This document shows, piece by piece, positions 24,581-37,310 of a stretch of DNA of 64,000 nucleotides. The translations under genes were made by a program, and so were the position numbers. The DNA is from Mustelus asterias (lineage: Eukaryota): assembly GCF_964213995.1 (NCBI RefSeq), contig NC_135830.1, positions 1,550,001 to 1,614,000 on the forward strand. The letters are read 5' to 3'. The stretch's first letter is position 1. Each line of letters opens with the position of its first letter. The notes under the pieces are model-generated. The model made no database searches, was not told the origin of the DNA, and saw nothing but the letters and a program-made list of their open reading frames with translations.

Positions 24581-25764
24581 AAGAAAATTATTAACTTTCC
24601 TAGAATTAGACCCATTTGGCAATCGTGTAGTACATGTCTGCTTTAACAGTCAGATATAACTTTATTTTCAACGGTGTATTCACCAGCATCAAATTACCCC
24701 AAAATATTTAAAAGCCAAACAATGTATTTGACATGGGTAAGATGCCTTTTCGGAGAATCGATGGGCCGAATGGTCTCCTTTTGCATTGTATGGATTCTCA
24801 GGTTCTGATTGGCTTTGGGAAATAACATAACATTATGTGTTCCCTTCGACGTGGTCCCTTGGGAAATTATACTTCACACTGACAAAGCAGACTTTCTCCA
24901 GTCTTAACATTTCAGATTTAAGTCGTCATCTCTCACAATACAGAACTCGCCCATTACCGTATTTCTGGTATCAGTTCACACTTTTGCTAAGAAATCCAGA
25001 GTGGGAATTTAACCCACATTCTTTCCGAATTAGAATTCATCAGTATCCAGGATTCCATTTTCTCAAAACATAACGTGAACTTTTTGGTCAAATGTTAGTG
25101 AACCCGTTAGGAATCGAATGTTTCAGTTTTATCCTAATTTGAATGACCACATTGAGAATGGTTTGTGTCTCCAAACCTTCACGGGACACAACTCCAATTG
25201 TAACTGCCTCTGCATTCATTTTGAACAAAGCGATGGCAAAGTTGAATAGATTAGATTTATTTGACTTAAAAAGAGTAAAGGCTGATCTTATGATGGCAGC
25301 TAACGTGATATTGGCAACAATATTCTTCACACTATGAAAACTCGCAACTTTAACTCCTCCCATGAATCGCTCTTCATTAAAGAAAATAGACCGCTAAACG
25401 TTTTGGATAACAACATCGCTCATTGAACTGTTGCCTATCTGCAGAAATCATTCCATGAGTCTTCGATTAAGTGGCATCAGGATAATGCAATAACACAATT
25501 TTATCAGTATATATTCAAAAGGTTGCAAAGGGCATTTGATTTTTTTTTCATTGCCGCTGACTTTGGGTGAAATACGTAGGGAATGTTATTGAGTCTCCCA
25601 GAATTGTTGAAAGTATCTGTGCTTCAAATACTGCTGGCATTAATCAAGTGGGCGATGGTAAATGTCACAAATAGACTTTCACCGTGTGAGAGCGAAAGTT
25701 GAGTACCAGTTTTTTTATCATTGTGAAAATGAATATCTGATTGACTTCCATTTCTACTTTCTAG

Positions 25765-26073
25765 GTGATCCCGGGTGTACCGATCCTGTAATTACTCTAC
25801 TGCCACCGCCAATAGAACAGGTCTTATTGGAGGCTACAGTGACGTTAACCTGCATCGTGACTAATGCCCCTTATGGAGTCAACTTGTCATGGACGCAGGA
25901 ACAGCAGACTTTGAAATCAGAGGTTGCCCTCCAACCTGGAGAGGCTCCTGACAGCGTGGTCAGCAAGTTGAATATTTCAACACAAGCCTGGCTGAGTGGC
26001 GCTGAATTCTACTGCGTGGTGAGCCATCAGGATCTTCCGACTCCTTCAAGAAATTCCATCCACAAGAAACAAG
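25765..26073 (+). CDS. IGHM: IgM constant exon Cmu3
   Basis: tttctag| ... CAA G|GTGAG; (G)[29 protein letters not shown]...[24 protein letters not shown]. Confidence 0.95.
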
Positions 26074-26687
26074 GTGAGCTGTGAGGTCGAAGTAATAAAA
26101 AGCCATTGTGCCTATTTTCACCGTAAGTGAAAGGATCAACTGTTGACATTATTTGAACATCCTGATTGGTAATTTCACAAAGTAAACCAGTGGGACAGTA
26201 AATGATGCACTTATGTGGAAATGCGTAGCGAAACGATTAGGCTAGGAAATGTAGAATAATATATTAGTGTTTGATGAAGTAAATAGGAGGAGCCTGGTGT
26301 GGAGCTTAAACACCAGAACAGAGCAGTTGATCCGAATGGCATTGACGTATGCTGCAAATTTGATGAAACTTTCTGGTCCAAAATCTATGAGCGGGATTTT
26401 CCGTCCGCGTTCGACCAATGGTCGGAAAATTCCGCCCGAGGTCAACGGACCTTTGCATGGACCGTATGTAGTTCCCGTGCTGGACGGTACGGGAGAATTC
26501 CGTCCATATTCTGAGAGCAAAGGATTGTATTCAAATCTGTTTCAAGCTGAATAACTGATCAAATTCCAAAGTGGAATACTGAAACCCTTAAAAGTTAACA
26601 CTGAAAGCTTTCTCTCACATTTGACCACCAACTTCCTTGTCTCTGTAATTTACCATTTTAATAACATTCATTTTAAATTTTCTGCAG

Positions 26688-27079
26688 CTACAAATCCGCG
26701 GGAACCATCCGTGTCTGTCCTCCTGCCCTCGGCAGAAGAAGTCTTCGCTCACAAATTCATCTCCCTCACCTGTTTGGTGAGAGGTTTCTCCCCCCGAGAA
26801 ATCTTCGTCAAGTGGACTGTCAATGACAAGCCGGTGAATGCCGGGAACTACACGAACAGCGAGGTGATGGCGGAGAACGGCAATAGCTCCTTCTTCATGT
26901 ACAGCCTCTTATCCATTGCAGCGGAAGAGTGGGCCAGCGGCAAATCTTACTCCTGTGTAGTGGGACATGAAGCGATTCCCTTGAAGATCATCAACAGAAC
27001 AGTTGATAAATCCAGTGGTAAACCAAGTTTTGTTAACATTTCTCTTGCACTCATGGATACGGTTAATTCATGTCAATGA
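26688..27079 (+). CDS. IGHM: IgM constant exon Cmu4 plus secretory tailpiece; internal donor at 27017|27018 for the membrane form
   Basis: ttttctgcag|; (A)[13 protein letters not shown]...[17 protein letters not shown]...[23 protein letters not shown]|[20 protein letters not shown]. Tail has N-x-S and a penultimate Cys; internal G|GTAAAC donor. Confidence 0.96.
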
Positions 27080-27115
27080 AAAGGATTTGGGTAGACGTGT
27101 TATTTTAGGAAGCTT

Positions 27116-27165
27116 AATAAAAACATTCTTCCATTTGTGATTTAGATGGACAAATTCTGAATAAA
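27116..27165 (+). terminator. Polyadenylation signals for secreted mu mRNA
   Basis: AATAAA at 27116-27121 and 27160-27165, just downstream of the TGA at 27077-27079. Confidence 0.75.
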
Positions 27166-28029
27166 TTTGTTTTCCAATTTTGCTCATGTTATTCCTGATT
27201 AATTAAAGTCAGATATTTGCAGCTCTCAGGCCCAAGCCTGATACAACCAATGCTTCAAGTTCAGATACACCCTGGGGTAGGGTTGGAGACTGAGTAAAGA
27301 GAGGTCGTTACAAAATTTGCACATTGCTTAAGCAACATTCCTCTCACTGAGGTGAAATCTGACAATTTTCCATTCCAATAATTAAACAAAGCAGCATTTA
27401 GAACTCATTGTCCCAGATTCGCTGATTCTCCATCCTTTGAACACCGTGTCAGCTCCATGTTGCCACATCACTCTCACTGGGAGCGGAAGTGAGGGTCGAA
27501 TTGTATCTCCGCTGGCCCAACAAATAGGGAATGAAGGATATTAGAAAACTGACTGAACCTCCACACTCACAGCAAGGGGAGGGGGAAACGCTCCTCCAGT
27601 TACCCGACAGGAAGAGGGGAAAGGACATATGTGAACACAGTGTACCTCAATTTCCCCAGTAAATCTCGAAGACATTGGTTCACCCAATGCTCCTATAATT
27701 CCCCAAACAAAGAAAACAGAAGTGAAATTATTAAACGATCAGAGGGAGGGAAAGGGAACCGTTACCTCACTACACTCGCACTCACCAAGTGAAGAATTTG
27801 GAACTGATCAGGCTGCCTATCGTGTGCAATGCACCCGAGGCAGTTTGGGGCTTCCTATACTCACATTTTAAACTTCAATTGTGGTAATGCTGCTACAAAT
27901 AATAAATTGAAGCAACATATTGGGCTGGATTTTATAGCTTCACTCGTCCCAAAACTGTAAAATCCGGCCGAGGTCAACGGACGTTTCTGTGGTCCGCCCC
28001 TCGCCCACACCGATTCCCGTGGCGTGCGG

Positions 28030-30420
28030 GACACAAACACACACACACACACATACACACACACACACACAGACACACAGACAGACACACACTGACACAA
28101 GGTCACAAAAACACACAGGCATCACCACAGCCACAGACACTGACACAAGGTCACAAAATCACACTCACACATAATATAAAACACGCATATGCACAGACAC
28201 AAGGTCCCAGACACATGCACAAAAGTATACACGTGGGAGCAAGGCCCCCGACAAACTGACACACACAACTGCACACAGAAACTGACAATAGGTCACACAA
28301 TCACGCAAGCAGAAACATACATCTTTGTCTGGGTGGCACAGTGGTTAGCACTGCTGCCTCACAGCACAAGGGACTGGGTTCGATTCCTGGCTTGGGTCAC
28401 TGTCTGTGTAGTGCCTGAACGGTAAAAAGTCTTACAACACCAGTTTAAAGTCCCAACAGATTTATTATGGGCGGCACGGTAGCACAGTGGTGAGCACTGC
28501 TGCTTCACAGCTCCAGGGACCTGGGTTCGATTCCCAGGTTGGGTCACTGTCTGTGTGGAGTTTGCACATTCTCCTCGTGTCTGCGTGGGTTTCCTCCGGG
28601 TGCTCTGGTTTCCTCCCACAGTCCAAAGATGTGCAGGTTAGGTTGATTGGCCATGCTAAAATTGCCCCTGAGAGTCCTGAGATGTGTAGGTTAGAGGGAT
28701 TAGTGGGTAAAATATATGGGGATAGGGCCTGGATGGGATTGTGGTCGGTGTAGACTCGATGGGCCGAAGGGTCTCTTTCTGCACGGTAGAGTTTCTATCT
28801 ATCATTCTATCGATACACATAAGCGCACACACACATGGTCACACTCTATAATACACAGAAACACACACACAAAGTCAACAATCACAGACACAAATACGCA
28901 CACGCACTTCAGAGGCATACGCACACACGCGGGTACACAAACACGTGCGCGCGCGGGTACACACACGCACACACCACAACAGACACAGACAATGATACAG
29001 GGTCACACAATCACACATACATACAAAATAGTGCACACACTCAAAAAGGCACACATATAGACACACAAGGATTTTTCTTTCATTCATGGGACATGGGCGT
29101 CGCATACGTCAGTGCAAACGCCAAAACAAACTCACAAACACACCAGCGAATGTACACAGAAGCACAACTATACATACACTAACACAAGTCCACACAATCA
29201 CGCACAAACATAAACAAACACGCAGATGCATGCACAGGCACACGCAAAGACACGCACAAAGGAACACACTCTCTCACACACCAATAGAAGGGCATAGACA
29301 CACGCAAACAAATGTTTCGCACACACATAGACATATCTAGACAGACACTCACCCAAGGTCAGACAGTCAAACAGACACACAAATGATCGACACATACGTA
29401 GACACATACACGAACACAAGGCCAAACGCACATACACGTACACACAAGGTCACTTGTGCACACACATACTGACACAAGAGAACGCATAGACTTGCACACA
29501 CAGAAGCACACACAGAGGCACAGTTCACATCCGCTCACACATAAACAGATGCGCATGCTCGCAGACAAGAACACACAGGCATACTGACGCAAGTTCACAC
29601 ACACCCTCTGAAATAAAGAATTTCGCACACACTCATGAACTGGTACAAGTTCATAAAATTTCAATGACAGAAAAGACACATACACTGACATAAACACACT
29701 ACTACGCACAGACACTGACAAAAGGTCACAAACACACCGGAACATTTAAAGCCAATCACACAGACTGAGCCAAGGTAAAATCAAGCAGACATGCACAGAC
29801 ACATGTAGACCCACAAACAGACACATGCATTCAGTCACAAGGTCACATACACCCTTGCAAAATGTCACAAACACACACACAAACACGGGTGCACACACAC
29901 ACACACGCGCACGCACACAAACACACTCTCAGAAACACACAGGCACGGTCGGATAGAGGATCACAAAGAGGCACGCATACACACATAAAACACACCAAGA
30001 CACAGGCACAAACATGCACACTGGCACAGGCTAAAATGCACAGGTACACATATTAATGCAAGGTATCGCTCTCTCTATCTCTCTCTCACACACACACGCA
30101 CACACGCACGCATACGGACACTCATTGACAGATACATTAACACCAGTTCACAAACACACACAATCACGTACATAGATTCATGAACAAAAACTCACAGAAA
30201 GTCATCAGCAGAGATTTGCACGCAGACACACACTCATAATGGTAGGCGTTCACATATCCACATACGCGCACACACACAAAGACGTTCACAAAGCACAGTT
30301 ACAAACACAATCACCGACAAAAGAACATACAAGACACAGACACACGCATAAACACTCATGTTTGTATACATGGATACATAAACAGAAATTGGCACATAGT
30401 AATAAATATCCATCGTCACA
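28030..30420 (+). repeat. Long CA-rich low-complexity tract (with embedded SINEs) between the secretory tail and TM1
   Basis: Dense (CA)n/ACAC motifs over about 2.4 kb. Confidence 0.9.
28469..28810 (+). mobile_element. Full-length HE1 SINE
   Basis: HE1 head, core and tail; preceded by a second SINE head (28330-28410) and a Penelope-like fragment (28420-28467). Confidence 0.9.
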
Positions 30421-30431
30421 TAAAGACAACA

Positions 30432-31335
30432 AGTGGCAAGTGTTAGTGAGGGATCACTTTGGCACCAGTGACCATAATTACATTAGTTTTAAGATAGCTA
30501 TAAGAATGATAGGTCTGGCCCAAAAGTTAAAATTCTAAATTGGGGCAAGGCCATTTTTGATATTATTAGATAGGAACTTTCTAAGGTTGATTGGGAAATT
30601 CTGTTACAAGGCCAAGGGAACGCTGGTAAATGGGAGGCTTTCAAATTGTTTTAGCCAGGTTTCATGGTAAGCACAGTCCTTTTAGATTGAAGGACAAGAC
30701 TGGTAGCAGTAGGAAACCCTGGATGACTCGCGATATTGAGACTATGGTCAAAAAGAAGAAGGAGGGAGATGACATGCATAGGCAGATGGGATCAAGTGGA
30801 TCCCTTGAAGAGTAAGTCGGTTGTTGGAATAGAGTTAAGAGAGAAATCAGGAGGACAAAAAGGGGACATGAGATTGTTTGGAAGATAAGGCAAAGAAGAA
30901 TCCGAAAAGCTTCTACAAATACATAAAGGTCAGAAGAGTAACTCAGGAGTGAGTACGAACTCTTAAGGGTCAAGAAGAGCAAATATGTGCGGATCCACAG
31001 GAGATAGGTGAGATCCTAAATGAATATTTCTCATCCGTATTTACTGTTGGGAAGACATGGATGTTAGGGAAGTTGGAGAAATAAATAGCGATGCCTCGAG
31101 GAGAGCAGATGTTCAAGAGAAGAAGGTGCTGGAAGTCTTAAAGCGCATCAAGGTAGATAAAACCCTGGGACCTGACTGAAATGTATCCAAGGACATTTGT
31201 GGGAGGCTAGGGAGGAAATTGCGTGTACCCGAGCAGAAATATTTGAATCATCGATAGCCACAGGTGAAGTGCCTGAAGATTGAAGGGTAGCAAATGTTGT
31301 GCCTTTTTTAAGAAGGGAACCACTGCAGGGAAAAG
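30432..31335 (+). mobile_element. CR1 LINE ORF2 fragment
   Basis: DHFGTSDHNYISFKI, KPWMTRDIE, gagatcctaaatgaatatttc. Confidence 0.85.
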
Positions 31336-31691
31336 CAGTAGTTATCAGTAGCTGTCGTTATTGTCAGTTATTCAACATGTCACAATATCCATCATCATAT
31401 TCTACAGCTATAGATTGAATGAAATTCAAGGAAAAGGGACTTCCACTGTGGAAACATTGCAGCTGTGTGATAGGGACAGAATGGGGAATGTAAAGGAAGA
31501 AGAGTTGTGGAGTTAGTAACATATAATGATTGCCGAGATTCAGTAACAGAATAAAATACCTGCATTGACAATAAAGGAAAAAGTACAAACAATCATCTTG
31601 AGGGACATACATCGGAATATGTAAAGAACACAAAAGGGCGTTCTGGATTGATAAACGACCTAACTATATTTCCTCGGTTATAAATCTGTAG

Positions 31692-31819
31692 ATTCCACCG
31701 AATGCACCTGGATTGAAGACTATGATGATGATAATGGCAACACCTGGATAACCGCTTCCACATTCACCATTTTGTTCTTCCTCAGTATTTCCTACAGCGC
31801 GGCACTCACTCTGGTGAAG
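31692..31819 (+). CDS. IGHM: IgM transmembrane exon TM1
   Basis: ctgtag| ... AAG|GTGAGG; (D)STECTWIEDYDDDNGNTWITASTFTILFFLSISYSAALTLVK has an acidic spacer plus CART motif; phase matches the Cmu4 internal donor. Confidence 0.93.
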
Positions 31820-31957
31820 GTGAGGCGTTTTAATCCAATCGTGATTCAAACAGATAGAAGCGGTCTGAAAAATCTCTAACTGCTTCAATTACAACAATTT
31901 TAACACAAATACTCAACCTCATAAATATCTGCTTCAACATTTTTCCCTCTTTTACAG

Positions 31958-31966
31958 GTCAAATGA
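31958..31966 (+). CDS. IGHM: IgM cytoplasmic exon TM2 (VK*)
   Basis: ttttccctcttttacag|GTC AAA TGA completes the KVK tail. Confidence 0.9.
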   Translation, partial: VK

Positions 31967-32320
31967 TTGGTTGTATTTTGCTCCACACACATTTTCCTCA
32001 GCTGTTTGTTAAGATCTCTGTATTCCGAATTTAAAATACGTCTTCTCGGTGACTCCAAAAATGAAATCGATTCAGTTTATCATCCTGAATCTCTAACTTG
32101 GGCAATGGTGCACATAATTGTTTGTGATGTAATTTTAGTTTATAATATCCCTGTAGGATGCATTCCATTTGTAAATAAGTAACTGTTCTCATTCCTTGCA
32201 GTTGTTCCATTCTTTTACGTTGAATTGTTTTCTCTGGTGTCTGTAACTTTGGTACAGAGAATTTGCAGCACTGAACGCAACGCGACGCTGATTTGTTATT
32301 GTTACTATTATTAACTTTGA

Positions 32321-32362
32321 AATAAACTTTTCTGCAAAATGTTTTTTCAATGAAAAAATAAA
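32321..32362 (+). terminator. Candidate polyadenylation signals for membrane mu mRNA
   Basis: AATAAA at 32321-32326 and 32357-32362, downstream of TM2. Confidence 0.5.
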
Positions 32363-33017
32363 TGTCTGTGATTTTGTTGAAACCATTTATCTAAGACTCT
32401 TGGACAGCTCCATTATCCCGATTAAGCCTTTTCCCCCTTTCCCAGGGAAGCAATATTCATCAGTACTCCCTTAAATGTTTTGCAATCCATGACCTGATTG
32501 TGAAATAGACATAACACCAGCAATCTTCCCATCCATGTAAAGAGAGCTTTAACACTGCCATTTTTTACGGCAATCACCATGGGCGGAATGTTTGCACAGC
32601 GAGGGCAACCTCGATCAGTTCGCTGAACTGTCAGAGTCACATGTCAGATAATTCCAAGTACCAGGTGCCCTGATACATCAGAGGCCAAAACAGTAAAGTG
32701 TGTGTAACTTCCTGAACCATGCTAACTGCAAACATTCCCAGAGCGAGTTCAGCACGGGCACGTTACAGAGTGAAGTTTCTTCTACGTTGTCAGACTAAAC
32801 ACTTTTAAGACAACCAAACCACAGGCTAGATATAAAATCGATAGGGAACAGAGTATCATGCATGATTTCAGAGGAGAGGGGCGTACCTTACCCAGAAATA
32901 TCATGAAGCGCAAATCTTGTCAATTATTCAATGAATTTGACGTTTATAATGCATTCCAGGAAGCACAAACCGAAACAATTCTCAGCTGCGAGGGTCTTCC
33001 TGACTTCTCTATTATAT

Positions 33018-33123
33018 CCACTCACCTGAAGAAGGGGCTGAGAGCTTCGAAAGCTTGTGTGGCTTTTGCTACCAAATAAACCTGTTGGACTTTAACCTGG
33101 TGTTGTTAAACTTCTTACTGTGT
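33018..33123 (+). mobile_element. Penelope-like element terminus with hammerhead-like core
   Basis: CTGAAGA-aggggctgagagcttc-GAAAGCTT...aaataaacctgttggactttaacctggtgttg. Confidence 0.75.
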
Positions 33124-34717
33124 TCTCTATTAAATGCAGATATCGGAATTGACCACCAACCCCGAAAAGCATGTGATACAGAAATTCTGCGTTTTGTAAT
33201 TTATGTTAAACACGCAGACAGATACTTTTTCTTCATGTTCTGTTACATGAATCTACTGTGCACTTTCCAGTAAATACACACTGACACTCTACATCCACAT
33301 GTTCTGGGAATATTCATTAGTAATCTCCAACTATCTCCTGCTTCAATAATAATTGTCTCCCTGATTTGTGACATTCCCTCGCATACCATCTCCCTGAACT
33401 TACTAAACATCGCCCCAGGGGCCGTCAGTCTGCTCCATTCCCTCTGATACCATCGCCCTGAAGTCATTCAACATCACGCCAGGAATATTTTTTTGATCCA
33501 TTTCCTCCGATGCCATCTCCACGAATCCAGTGAATATCACTCTCCGGATTTCACCCCCTTTCAGTTATTCTCTCAGACATGTATTTAAAGCCTTCTGGTC
33601 AATGAAATATTGGCAAAAGTGCAGACCCCATTAACGCCCTTATTTTCCCAGTAATACAAAGTCGCTCGTCTCTGAAATCGTAGAGTTTAAGCTTGAAATT
33701 TACTGATTTTAAAAAAATATCGGATATTCAAGGGATTAGGAAAGGTTTAGGTGCACTTCTGAAGAGCTCGGAATCATATTTTTGTTTGGGTGGGATTGAT
33801 TTTTAAACTACTCTTCCCCAATCTCTCTTCAACGCCCTCTTCCATTCAGGACATCCGTAATGCCCAAGCGACTTTAATCAATCTCCATTAGCACTTCCAT
33901 TCCCAGTTTCTCAGTTCCTTTCTGCAGGCTTGGACAGTCTCATTGTATGCAGGTTCCCTTTAATATGCCATGGTCTCTCTCCCTCGGGTTCACAGTCCTC
34001 TGGAGTCACAGGTATTAAAAATTGCAACAAAAATGGACCTTTCCTCACTCTTTGCATATATTACCTCACGCTAGAATAAATTGAAAATAGACAGCACTAA
34101 TAACCGGTGTTCCAATTTACGCTTCTGGATTTTGGGATATCCTTCCATTTACCGCGGCGAGTTTCTGTCAGCGATGGCAGGCGGGATGAAATTCACGGCT
34201 GATTGGACCCTGGAGCCAGGTCATGACCACCCGCTTCTCACATCACGTGATGCTATAAACACCCAATCACGGTGCAGTGACCGACCCAATGCATTGTGCG
34301 GTCATCCACTCCAGGCCCAATTAGCGACTGTCATGTTATTGTGACGTAATTCCTTAGCTTATCTTCAATGATAGGAAAACTTGATTGAAAAGGGAAACCC
34401 CTGCCTCAAATCCCATTAAAGCACTAACTTAAACAGTACGCTATTCATCAATATATTAATGGAAAGAAGTTAACAAATGATTGGTGTTCCTGTAGAAAAC
34501 GACTCAGGAGAAATTATATCAAAAAGGAGACGTTAAAGAATTGAACAGGTACTTAAGATCAGTCATCACTATAGATGATAAAAGCAACATTCGAGAAGCT
34601 GCAATAAACAACGAAATGAATGAAAGGGAGGAACTGAGGAAAATTAGTCACCAGAGAAGTGGCACTTCGTAGCTTGTTGGAGCTGCCAGCTGTAAAGAAC
34701 ACCGGTTCTTTTTTTTT

Positions 34718-35088
34718 CTTAGAATTCTTAGAAACCCTACAGTACAGAAAGAGGCCATTCGGCCCATCGAGTCTGCACCGACCACAATCCCACCCAGGCC
34801 CTACCCCCATATCCCTTCATATTTTACCCGCTAACCTACACATCCCAGGATACTAAGGGCAATTTTAGCATGGCCAATCAACCTAACCCGCACATCTTTG
34901 GACTGTGGGAGGAAACCGGAGCACCCGGAGGAAACCCACACAGACACGAGGAGAATGTGCAAACTCCACACAGACAGTGACCCAAGCTGGGAATCGAACC
35001 CAGGTCCCTGGAGCTGTGAAGCAGCAGTGCTAACCACTGTGCTACCGTGCCGCCCAGCCACTGTGCTATCGTGCCGCCCAACCACTGT
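34718..35088 (-). mobile_element. HE1 SINE with tandemly duplicated 5' head
   Basis: Reverse-complement HE1; ccactgtgctaccgtgccgccca unit repeated at 35034-35088. Confidence 0.9.
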
Positions 35089-35279
35089 GACTTCATCCTA
35101 AGTTACTCAGATATAGTGTCACCGTGCATCCTAAGTTACTCAGATATAGTGTCAATGATGTAGTAGATTTAAAATTTCCAAATGGCCTAGATTGAGGGAA
35201 AGAAGCATTGGATTCGAAGATAGGAAATTAAATCCATAATTCAAAAACGCAGACAAAAAACGGAAACTGCAGGGCATTT

Positions 35280-37190
35280 AGGTTGACATCTTTCTTTCAT
35301 CCCAATCATTACCTATGTCCAAATCTTCCTCTAACATCTTGAGCTCTTCTTCACAACACCCAATCCCACCTTGTTTAGTATTATTCCTGAACGTGAGTTT
35401 ATCACATTTGGCCCCCTCAACCAAATCAGTGACATTTATTGTGAAAAGCTGGGGACCAAGGACTGATGCTTAATGTACTCCATTGGCCATGACATGCAAA
35501 CGCAATAAAGACATGTTTCTTCCTATATTCTGTTTTCTGCCGGTGAGCCAATCCTCAATCCATGCCAGTGTGTTGCTCCTCTCACATGTATTTTTATTTG
35601 CAAATCAACCTGCTGTTGGGGGGAAATAACAAAATTACAGAACAGGAACAGACCCTTCGGCCCTCCAAGCCCCCACCAACCCATGCTGCCCGACTGAACT
35701 AAAACACCCCACCCTTACGGGGACCTTATCCCTCTATTCCCATCCTATTCATGTATTTGTCAAGATGCCCCTTAAATGTCACTATCGAGTCTGCTTCCAC
35801 TACCTCTCCCGGCAGTGAGTTCCAGGCATCCGCCACCCTCTATGTAAAAATGAACTTGCCTCGTCCATCTCCTTTAAAACTTGCCCCTCGCACCTTAAAC
35901 ATATGCCCCCTAGTAATTGACATTTCCACCCTGGGAAAAAACTTCTGACTATCCACTCTATCCATGCCCCTCATAATCTTGTAGACTTCTATCAGGTCGC
36001 CCCTCAACCTCCGTCGTTCCAGTGAGAGCAAACCAAGTTTCTCCAACCTCTCCTTATAGATAATGCCCTCAATACCAGGCAATATCCTGGAAAATCTTTT
36101 CTGTACCCTCTCCAAAGCCTCCGCATCCTTCTGGTAGTATGGCGACCGGAATTGAACACTATATTCCAATTGCGGCCTAACTAAGCTCCTCTAAAGCTGC
36201 AACAAGACTTGACAATTTTTAAACAGAATGTCCCGGCCGATGAAGGCAAGCATGCCGTATGCCTTCTTGACTACCTTCTCCACCTACGTTGTCGCTTTCA
36301 GTGACCTGTGTACCTGTAAATCAAGATCCCTCTGCCTATCAATACTCTTAAGGGTTCTGCCATTTACTGTCATATTTCCAATCTGTATTAGACCTTCCAA
36401 AATGCAGTATCTCACATTTATCCAGGTTAAACTGCATATGCGATCTCTCCGCCGAAGTCTCCAATCGATCTATGTCCTGCTGTCTCCTCTGATGGTCCTC
36501 ATCACTATCCACAAATTACCAACCTTTGTGTCATCCGCAAACTTACCAATTAAACCAGTTACATTTTCCTCCAAATCAGTCATATATATTACAAACAGCA
36601 ATGGTCCCAGCATTGATCCCTGAGGAACGCCACATTTCACAGTCCTCCATTAGAAACGCACCCTTCCACTGCTACCCTCTGTCTTCTATCATCGATGTGG
36701 AGATGCCGGCGTTGGACTGGGGTAAACACAGTAAGAAGTCTCACAACACCAGGTTAAAGTCCAACAGGTTTATTTGGTAGCAAATACCATAAGCTTTCGG
36801 GGCACTGCTCCTTCGTCAGATGGAGTGGAAATGTGCTCTCAAACAGTGCACTGACAAAAATAAAACATAAATGAAACAGTGCACCCCCTGATCTTGCAGA
36901 ATGTCACTAGCTGTTCTGTCTGGAGACAATACACATCTCTTTAACCTGTGTTGAATGCTCCCTCCACCCACATTGTCTGTACCTTTAAGACCTGGCTGGC
37001 TGTAGAGATTTGCATTCTAATTAGTACTCTGTAACTTGATTTCTGTGTCTGTGCACTGTTTGACGAAGGAGCAGTGCTCCGAAAGCTCATGGTATTTGCT
37101 ACCAAATAAACCTGTTGGACTTTAACCTGGTGTTGTGAGACTTCTTACTGTTTCTATCATCGAGCCAGGTCTGTATCTACCTTGCCAGCT
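35280..37190 (-). mobile_element. CR1 LINE fragments (RT and 3' end), interrupted by a Penelope-like insertion
   Basis: Minus-strand EYSVQFRSPYYQKDAEALERVQKRF...RGDLIEVYKIMRG. Confidence 0.85.
36694..37151. mobile_element. Penelope-like insertion with ~90-bp inverted arms and TSD
   Basis: Arms at about 36728-36818 and 37061-37151 are near-perfect reverse complements; TTCTATCATC(GA) at 36684 and 37152. Confidence 0.82.
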
Positions 37191-37310
37191 CAAAGTTTAT
37201 CGAAGTTTTTTGCAATCCAAGTATACTACGTCCACTGACTCTGCATTTTCAGTTTTGTTTTAACATTCTCATGGAACTCCAGCAAGTTCCTGAAACATCA
37301 TTTCCCATTT

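Noticed and set aside
13824-27079. Assignment as IgNAR, IgM1gj or IgW
   Set aside because: The V has a full FR2/CDR2 and GLEW (not IgNAR). Segments are unjoined and Cmu2 is present (not IgM1gj). C exons, tailpiece and TM are mu-type (not IgW).
27861-30419. His/Thr-rich and Cys/Val-rich ORFs
   Set aside because: Translation artefacts of CA/TG repeats.
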